Source: a virus (lineage: Duplodnaviria; Heunggongvirae; Uroviricota; Caudoviricetes). Taken from it: a stretch of DNA of 64,000 nucleotides. Below, in pieces: positions 58,977-64,000 of the stretch. The stretch is taken from the IMG/VR virus record IMGVR_UViG_3300043436_001089; one strand, given 5' to 3'. Position 1 is the stretch's first letter; each line of letters begins with the position of its first letter. The notes beneath the pieces were generated by a model. That model had not been told where the DNA came from and made no database searches. It saw only the letters and a list, made by a program, of their open reading frames with translations. A program made the position numbers and the translations under genes.

Positions 58977-59702
58977 TTATCTCTTTGCTCTACCTGCGCC
59001 TGCAACTGGCTCTGGTTCAGGCTCTTCTGCAGGAAGTTCTTCAGCTCCCATGTCATCCATCGGAGGCATTTCTGCACCAACTTCTCCACCTAATCCAGCG
59101 GCTGCATCACCCGCCATTGCATCTACGCCTGCTTCTTCAGGGGCGCCTACGCCAAAATCACCGCCTTGGCCAGTGATTGCATTCAATGCACCTTGTAGTG
59201 ATGTTTTAGCTTGTGTTAATGCGGCTGTAAGACCAGTCAATGCTTCAGTAGCTTGGCTAGTGAATTGCTCACCTTCGTTCACGCCAATTTCAGATTGTAC
59301 GCTGTCTGATAAAGCCGGCAATTCTTTGACTAGCATATCAGATACTTGTTCAACCATCTTCTGTACAGAGTCAACCATATCTTGTGCAGCCAAAACAACT
59401 TGTGACTTGTCAACTTCTTCGTTCTCAAAAACGATGCGTGGTTGAGGTCTATTGCGTAAGTCATTAAAGTGATGCACTAATGCTTGTTCCATAAATACCA
59501 TCTTCATGTAAGCAGGACTTGTCTGCTTTCTATAAAAGTCAGAAGCTTGTTTAGTTTCACTAATTAAGCCACGTACTTTTTGTAGCATGGATTTAGTAGA
59601 AGTCATAGACATGCCTTCTACCTTGAAGGGTACTTCGTATTGTTCTTTTAAAGCTCGTTGAGCATTTAAAACGGGGTTGTAATTGAGTTCGTTTAATTTC
59701 AT
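58977..59702 (-). CDS. Putative prohead core/internal protein
   Basis: MKLNEL start, helical body, acidic Pro-rich tail; late box. Confidence 0.4.
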   Translation of the reverse strand: MKLNELNYNPVLNAQRALKEQYEVPFKVEGMSMTSTKSMLQKVRGLISETKQASDFYRKQTSPAYMKMVFMEQALVHHFNDLRNRPQPRIVFENEEVDKSQVVLAAQDMVDSVQKMVEQVSDMLVKELPALSDSVQSEIGVNEGEQFTSQATEALTGLTAALTQAKTSLQGALNAITGQGGDFGVGAPEEAGVDAMAGDAAAGLGGEVGAEMPPMDDMGAEELPAEEPEPEPVAGAGRAKR

Positions 59703-59750
59703 AGTTTGGTTCCAGACTAATATCTAGTATTTATCTTTTTTGTATTATTG

Positions 59751-60224
59751 TTAGGGTTTTCTGTTAAATCTTTGAGTTTGCCAAAGTTTAGACTGATTCA
59801 CATATGAGTTAATCTCGTTAATCATTGTTTTTCTGCGCAGCTTTTCTTCAGTCAATTTGGCTAAGTAAATAAGCTTTGCCTCAGAACTATTTGCTTTTTT
59901 AGCTAGTCGTTGATGCTGTTCCATCATTGCATCAACTCTTACTATTCCTGAATCTAGATAGTGAATTCTATCAGAGTCTACTAATCTATTCCTTTTATCA
60001 TATGTACACCAAGCAACTGCATTTTTTAATGAATAAAATGATATATCATTTGTACCACCGGTATATACAGTATAGTCATCTGTCGCTGTTTTTACTATCG
60101 TGTACTTGCTGAATAGTTCATAAGATCCGTCTTCGTTTTGATAGACTATTACATCTTCTAAATCTTTTATGTAAGATTTGGGTATGAATTTTTCAATCTT
60201 TGCTAGCGTTTTATCATCAATCAT
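59751..60224 (-). CDS. Hypothetical protein
   Basis: Operonic ORF. Confidence 0.55.
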   Translation of the reverse strand: MIDDKTLAKIEKFIPKSYIKDLEDVIVYQNEDGSYELFSKYTIVKTATDDYTVYTGGTNDISFYSLKNAVAWCTYDKRNRLVDSDRIHYLDSGIVRVDAMMEQHQRLAKKANSSEAKLIYLAKLTEEKLRRKTMINEINSYVNQSKLWQTQRFNRKP

Positions 60225-60675
60225 TTGATAATACCTTAAAATATATGTTTCTTAGCTCGTCACTCGTGTCTAAAAAAGCAGGAAGTTTATCCCACTCTGT
60301 GCCACATTTAATCATAGGGACGCCTTCACAATCTGAATATAATGCACCCAATTCCGTGATACCGTTATAGAATACACTAGCATGGTGAATCTCAAATTCA
60401 AACGACCAACAAGGATAAGTCTCATCGACTTGTTGTTCAAATAAGAATCCAAAATCAGTAAACTCATTTAACTGTATTTCTGTACGTTTTACTGGGGTTG
60501 TTAAATCAGGTTGCGATCTCAACGATATAGCTTGTAAAACTGTATCAAAATTGCATTGAGTATTGCGCTTGTGTAGCCACAAGGGCATGTCTTCGTCATT
60601 GGTAGGTTTGTTGCGATTCATTACCCCGGTTGGTGTAATATCAAACAACGTATAACATGACAAAGTAAAACTCAT
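60217..60675 (-). CDS. Hypothetical protein
   Basis: CTAAATA box 4 nt before ATG. Confidence 0.6.
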   Translation of the reverse strand: MSFTLSCYTLFDITPTGVMNRNKPTNDEDMPLWLHKRNTQCNFDTVLQAISLRSQPDLTTPVKRTEIQLNEFTDFGFLFEQQVDETYPCWSFEFEIHHASVFYNGITELGALYSDCEGVPMIKCGTEWDKLPAFLDTSDELRNIYFKVLSND

Positions 60676-60692
60676 AGTGTATTTAGAGAGGT

Positions 60693-60720
60693 AAAAAAAC
60701 CCGAGAATAAATCTCGGGTT
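60693..60720 (-). terminator. Rho-independent terminator
   Basis: AACCCGAGA / TCTCGGGTT stem followed by T-run on minus strand. Confidence 0.85.
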
Positions 60721-60738
60721 GTTTTGATTAAGTTAAAA

Positions 60739-61104
60739 TTAACCAGTGAAAGTTGCAGAAGCAGCAACTGTAACAGCTTCAACAGCCGCTGTCAAAGCAG
60801 TGTCAAGAGTTGCAGTTGTCCAAGCGCCAACTGGATACACAGCAACTGCTAATGTGTCATCAGTATCGTCAGTGTACTCATACAAATAGATTGTAGCTAA
60901 TTGTTGAATTGTCTGGATCGCTGTGTTAAACTGAGTTGTAGTCACTGCACCTGTGAAAGTGATAGTGAAGAAGTCTAACTTAGGACCTTGAGGTTGTACA
61001 GTAACTGCGGAAGTAACTGCGTTAACGCCAGAGTTTGTGTATGAGTCTGCATCATAGTTAATCAACGGTAGATAGTCGCCGTTTACACGTGTAAATTGTG
61101 CCAT
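60739..61104 (-). CDS. Putative abundant virion protein
   Basis: Own late promoter, 5' hairpin, AAGGA RBS and terminator; Ala/Thr-rich. Confidence 0.55.
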   Translation of the reverse strand: MAQFTRVNGDYLPLINYDADSYTNSGVNAVTSAVTVQPQGPKLDFFTITFTGAVTTTQFNTAIQTIQQLATIYLYEYTDDTDDTLAVAVYPVGAWTTATLDTALTAAVEAVTVAASATFTG

Positions 61105-61193
61105 TTTGGTATTCCTTTAAATAAGTTGAAGCTTACTGCTTCATACATTTATTTATGCCTATATCAAAAAAATGCTGGTTTTGGGCGCTAAAA

Positions 61194-62393
61194 TTAACGT
61201 TGTCCGGCTAAGTTTTGACGACTAAAGCCCATTCTATCAACGAATTTTAACCCATTAGAGACAAAGCCTTCTTGAGTCTGTGTTCCATCTTGCAAGAAGC
61301 CCTTAACTGGGCTAGTTTCTGCTGCCTTGTTAAGTTGCTCTACTATGTTCATTTTTAAATTATATAGATTACTCCACACCGTGAACAATGCTGTCAATAC
61401 TGACTTGTTACCATCTAGATATCCCGGGACATGCACTTCTTTGTTGGTCTTAGGGTCAAGTGTGTTATATCCTAACAACTTACTACGTAATCCTTCGGAC
61501 ATTGTTTTTGTGCTGATATACTCAAGAAATCCGTCTACCAAATCGTTTAAATTACCTGAGACAATTTTCTTGTTGATATACGTTGTGAATAACATAGTGA
61601 ACGGACCTTTAGCTTGAGGTGCTTTACCAAAGAACTCATCAATTTGTTTACCGTATTCTCTTACGCTTTGTTTGGCGGCTCTAACTAAGTCTGCGTTCAT
61701 CTTAAGTTTAGGAGTGATTGGCATCTTTGCAGGAACAATAGCAACATCGCTGTTATTCTTCAATGAACCAATAGTACCCGGTAATGGTGAAGCTTCATCA
61801 GTGGTCGCCGCCGTAGGAGGAATAAATTGATGCACTACGATACCAGCAGTCTTGTTCGTTAAAAACTTACCAACATCACTGTTGACATCTACTGTATAGG
61901 TAATACCGTTAGGGTTCGCTCTAAAAGTATACACACCTCGTTGATCGTCTAAAGGCTTACTGAATAGCAAATCACCCCAGTAATAACCCTTACCCTTATC
62001 AGCTTTTTCTAAACCAGGCCATATCTCTTGTATGAGTTGATGTAAACCTTCACGATTCACCCCTCTAGCGATATCATATTGAACAAACATTTCAGGACTG
62101 TACACGTTACGACCCGTACCGTCTTTCTTGTTGAACATATGCTTGTCCATAATACTAAACTTACCATTGGTACCACGACCGAAGATCAATGCAGGATAAC
62201 CGTCCCATTTAATAGTGACAGTAGCCGGGTTCTTTACAGTATCAATTGATGCTTGTATTGCACGATTCGCACCCTGAGAACCGTCTAAAAATATTAGGTC
62301 TTCGGGATGGTCTAAGTGACCTTTAGCCTCAGTAATAACATCTATACTGTTAAGCTTGTTCTTTAATAACGATAATGATTCTGACAAGTTCAT
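61194..62393 (-). CDS. ATP-dependent ligase-like (KxDG) nucleotidyltransferase
   Basis: IKWDG motif I, YWGDLL motif III-like, EGFV motif IV, KFV motif V. Confidence 0.55.
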   Translation of the reverse strand: MNLSESLSLLKNKLNSIDVITEAKGHLDHPEDLIFLDGSQGANRAIQASIDTVKNPATVTIKWDGYPALIFGRGTNGKFSIMDKHMFNKKDGTGRNVYSPEMFVQYDIARGVNREGLHQLIQEIWPGLEKADKGKGYYWGDLLFSKPLDDQRGVYTFRANPNGITYTVDVNSDVGKFLTNKTAGIVVHQFIPPTAATTDEASPLPGTIGSLKNNSDVAIVPAKMPITPKLKMNADLVRAAKQSVREYGKQIDEFFGKAPQAKGPFTMLFTTYINKKIVSGNLNDLVDGFLEYISTKTMSEGLRSKLLGYNTLDPKTNKEVHVPGYLDGNKSVLTALFTVWSNLYNLKMNIVEQLNKAAETSPVKGFLQDGTQTQEGFVSNGLKFVDRMGFSRQNLAGQR

Positions 62394-62395
62394 AA

Positions 62396-63904
62396 TTACC
62401 ATTTCTTAAATGGTTTAGCTTTTCTGCTTTCTGCTGTTACAGTTGCGCCTGCGGGTGCAGGGGCGGGTGAAGTTGCAGGCTTAGGAGGCGGGTTGAATTC
62501 TGTTTTAGGTTTTTCAGAAGGAACTCCTGCCGGGGCTTTTTGACCAGTCAGTTCTTTAACAAACGCAGAATAGGCTGCTGGATCAACTTTTTGTAATTTT
62601 TGAAGTGCGTTCTTAGCTACAGTGATTAACTGATTAGCATTTTGATTAGCACCGTCTGCTTGTGCAGTAGACGGGAGGGCACTGGTAGCTCCTAAGCTAC
62701 CTGCCATTGTATTCGAAGGGGTCGCTTCACCTGAAGTAGGACTTGTCGTGGCACTAGTATTACCTGCCATTCTAGCTAATGGACCGCCACCTGAATCAGT
62801 TGAGGCTACGGGTGCTGGAGTAGAAGCTGCCGCACCCATTGCACCTGGTGTGCCTTTATTGCTATATGACAACGAGAATGCCGCATTAGCTAATTGATTT
62901 AGTGCAGCCTTGCCCTTGTCTTTATTATACGACTGTTGAATAGCATTGATATACTGGTCTACTTGCGCCGCAGTTTTAGGATCAGATAAATCTACACCTT
63001 TCATATACTGAGCTAACCAACGTTTAAACCAACTTTGAATGCTTTCGGCTTCAGCTTCATACATCATGCTTTCAAAGATTTTGTTTAGCTTGTAGTACTT
63101 GGTCTCAACAATCTTGAACTTAGAACCTTTTGATTCTTTAAGAACGGTAAGACCTAAATCACCCCATGTCAAATCAACAGCTTCTAATAGTTTGTTGATC
63201 CAATACATTTGCCATGACTCAGCCATTGTCTGACCTGATTTGAGTTTACCAAGTGCGGCATTTGCAAAATTAGGATCAGTACCACCCTTCTTGATTATTT
63301 GCTGAACAGTAGCAACAGCGTTGCCCCACTCAGGGTAATCTTTGCGGTCAGCCATGTAATTGACTAATTCTTTTGTCAATTGAATCTTTTGATTCTTGTC
63401 TGTTGCAGTGTTTAAAGCTTTGGCAGCACCTTGAACGTAATTGTTTAGATTCTGATTAGTTTCACGTTGACCACGTGCTTGGGATGCGGCTTGTTGTGCC
63501 GAAGTCATTCCGGGCTTAGTAGCTCCTGATGGCCCTGGTGCTGGGGTAGGTCCCGGAGTCGGTGCTGGACTTGGTGAAGGACTAGGAGTAGGTCCAGGAG
63601 TCGGTGTTGGTTCTGGAGTCGGTGTTGGTTCTTTTGGTTCTGGTGCTGCCGGAGCACCTCCTAAATTAGGATCAACAAGTCCGCTAGAAACCGCACTATC
63701 TAATGCAGTAGATGCACGGCCGATAAAGTCTTGTAGGAACTTGTCTTTTGCCATTTTATCTTTTACAGATAAATTGCCTTCGCCACGACCTAAAAGTCTG
63801 TTGCCTATTTGTTTGGCTGCGGCTGCGCCATAATCACCTATTACTTGATTTAGTGCAAGTTCATCCACACGTTTGTGTTGTAATTTGAATTCATTTAATT
63901 TCAC
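62396..63904 (-). CDS. Pro/Ala-rich modular putative internal protein
   Basis: MKLNEF start, VDE/MAE/MYE sites, PTPTP linker. Confidence 0.45.
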   Translation of the reverse strand: MKLNEFKLQHKRVDELALNQVIGDYGAAAAKQIGNRLLGRGEGNLSVKDKMAKDKFLQDFIGRASTALDSAVSSGLVDPNLGGAPAAPEPKEPTPTPEPTPTPGPTPSPSPSPAPTPGPTPAPGPSGATKPGMTSAQQAASQARGQRETNQNLNNYVQGAAKALNTATDKNQKIQLTKELVNYMADRKDYPEWGNAVATVQQIIKKGGTDPNFANAALGKLKSGQTMAESWQMYWINKLLEAVDLTWGDLGLTVLKESKGSKFKIVETKYYKLNKIFESMMYEAEAESIQSWFKRWLAQYMKGVDLSDPKTAAQVDQYINAIQQSYNKDKGKAALNQLANAAFSLSYSNKGTPGAMGAAASTPAPVASTDSGGGPLARMAGNTSATTSPTSGEATPSNTMAGSLGATSALPSTAQADGANQNANQLITVAKNALQKLQKVDPAAYSAFVKELTGQKAPAGVPSEKPKTEFNPPPKPATSPAPAPAGATVTAESRKAKPFKKW

Positions 63905-63999
63905 GGTTTTTTCCTTAATGACTTAGAAAAGCGAGCCTGATCTCTACTTTTGATAGCACTTAGCAGTTTTTTTTCTAAAATCATAGCTTGTTCAGGATC
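63901..63999 (-). CDS. 3' end of hypothetical protein (runs off window)
   Basis: ...DPEQAMILEKKLLSAIKSRDQARFSKSLRKKP-stop overlapping the next GTG start. Confidence 0.55.
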   Translation of the reverse strand, partial: DPEQAMILEKKLLSAIKSRDQARFSKSLRKKP

Positions 64000-64000
64000 A

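Noticed and set aside
63540-63660. PTPTP/PSPSP repeat as a functional repeat element
   Set aside because: Ordinary low-complexity proline linker
1-64000. Bacterial chromosome or prophage interpretation based on clpA, pstS, iscUA and sod
   Set aside because: These genes are interleaved with T4-like structural genes, lack their host operon partners, and no integrase or att site is visible
1-64000. tRNA or rRNA genes
   Set aside because: No cloverleaf or T-loop/CCA pattern found by eye

Overview
This window is a segment of a large, AT-rich, T4-like (myovirus) lytic phage genome. Almost all genes lie on the minus strand and there is no host chromosomal context. Morphogenesis genes include tail sheath, two tail-tube-fold genes, neck gp13/gp14/gp15, gp4 head-completion nuclease, baseplate/fibre proteins, a GH19 lysin and a holin. 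DNA-metabolism genes include a clamp loader, dNMP kinase, MazG, NUDIX, a PD-(D/E)XK exonuclease and a DnaE fragment. Host-like auxiliary genes include pstS with a triple Pho box, phoH, a Bug/TctC binding protein, sod, dps, iscU, iscA, clpA, dnaJ and groES; these suggest a betaproteobacterial, probably freshwater, host (inference). The most striking feature is an in-frame cassette system. A 17-nt GC-rich repeat (CAAGGTGTGGCGGAAGG, encoding QGVAE-G), conserved even at synonymous positions, separates unrelated 60-161 aa modules inside polyprotein ORFs (6182-8419, 8416-9189, 12524-14602). About a dozen proteins also start with a leader resembling the T4 capsid-targeting sequence. Together this suggests a shuffled, protease-released, virion-packaged effector arsenal: GNATs, kinase, ADP-ribosyltransferase-like, nucleotidyltransferases, ligase-like, RyR and SOD. 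Also found: a ~400-nt structured intergenic RNA candidate, leaderless early and late transcripts, and unannotated micro-ORFs. All calls were made by eye; no database searches were run.
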